A stretch of DNA of 63,887 nt, the filler included, from Basidioascus undulatus (taxonomy: Eukaryota): the NCBI GenBank assembly GCA_000826855.1. It is 4 parts of 4 records of this genome, joined end to end, with 100 filler letters (N's around TTAATTAATTAA, not from the genome) between each part and the next. Parts side by side here need not be neighbours in the genome. Positions count along the whole stretch, not along the records: positions 48,033 to 63,887 come from JTLS01000620.1; 3 more parts are not named here. One strand, 5' to 3'. Below are positions 63,390-63,887 of this stretch, one piece after another. Position 1 is the first letter of the stretch; each line of letters starts with the position of its first letter. A program made the position numbers and the translations under genes. The notes beneath the pieces are model-generated. The model was not told the origin of the DNA. It saw nothing but the letters and a program-made list of their open reading frames with translations, and searched no databases.

Positions 63390-63887
63390 GTTTTTGCGTT
63401 CAAGACCACCTTCATGTCTGCCCCTATCCTCTGCCACTTCGACCCCAACCTCGAAACCATCATCGAATCTGATGCTTCTGACTTTGCCATGTCTGCCATA
63501 CTCTCTAAAGTCCACTACAACAGTCTCCTCCACATGGTCACTTTCATGTCACACAAGATGACACCCTGCTGAACGCAACTGAAAGATCCATACAAGGAAC
63601 TCCTTGCCATCATCTCAGCTGTCAAGCTCTGACGCCAGTACCTCGAGAGCCTCCCAAAGCTATTCCCATCCTCACTGACCACAAGAACCTTGAATACCTT
63701 CAGACAGCCCTCATCCTCTCCTGCAAACAAGCTCGCTGTCTGAGGAGATCAATCATCACAAGTACTCCATAGACTACCACCCCAGGATCAAGAACGGCAT
63801 TCCGCTTTCCTCGAGTGGAACGACCGGGCCCTCCAGGCTCAGTTCTATTCCGGACTCAAGCCGAATGTCAAGGATGCCCTTGCGCTC
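63390..63887 (+). mobile_element. Degraded Ty3/gypsy LTR retrotransposon fragments (RNase H, then gag)
   Basis: APILCHFDP..TIIESDASDFAMSAILS...KELLAII...TDHKNLEY with stops and frameshifts, then [24 protein letters not shown] (gag). Confidence 0.88.

Overview
Intron-rich, GC-rich fungal DNA, most likely a basidiomycete. The window is not contiguous: four contigs of decreasing length (15931, 15922, 15879, 15855 bp) are joined by identical 100-bp N44-TTAATTAATTAA-N44 linkers. It contains conserved spliced genes: a Don1-like DH-PH-FYVE RhoGEF, coatomer zeta, Bud32, an SDR, Mn-SOD, AP-3 mu, SMC4, calnexin, CK2 beta, Vps33, a Ppg1 phosphatase, a Zn2Cys6 factor, a SAM methyltransferase, a GPI protein and a 7TM protein. 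It also contains a truncated tRNA-Leu(AAG), decayed accessory genes (two paralogous MYND genes, F-box, BTB, FNR-like) and a Ty3/gypsy relic. The standout is at 62885-62957: a complete tRNA-Arg(ACG) cloverleaf encoded 3' half first and 5' half second. It is broken at the canonical 37/38 intron site, has intron-like flanks and is followed by a T5 terminator, making it a candidate circularly permuted tRNA gene in a fungus. Gene boundaries were spliced by eye and no database searches were run.
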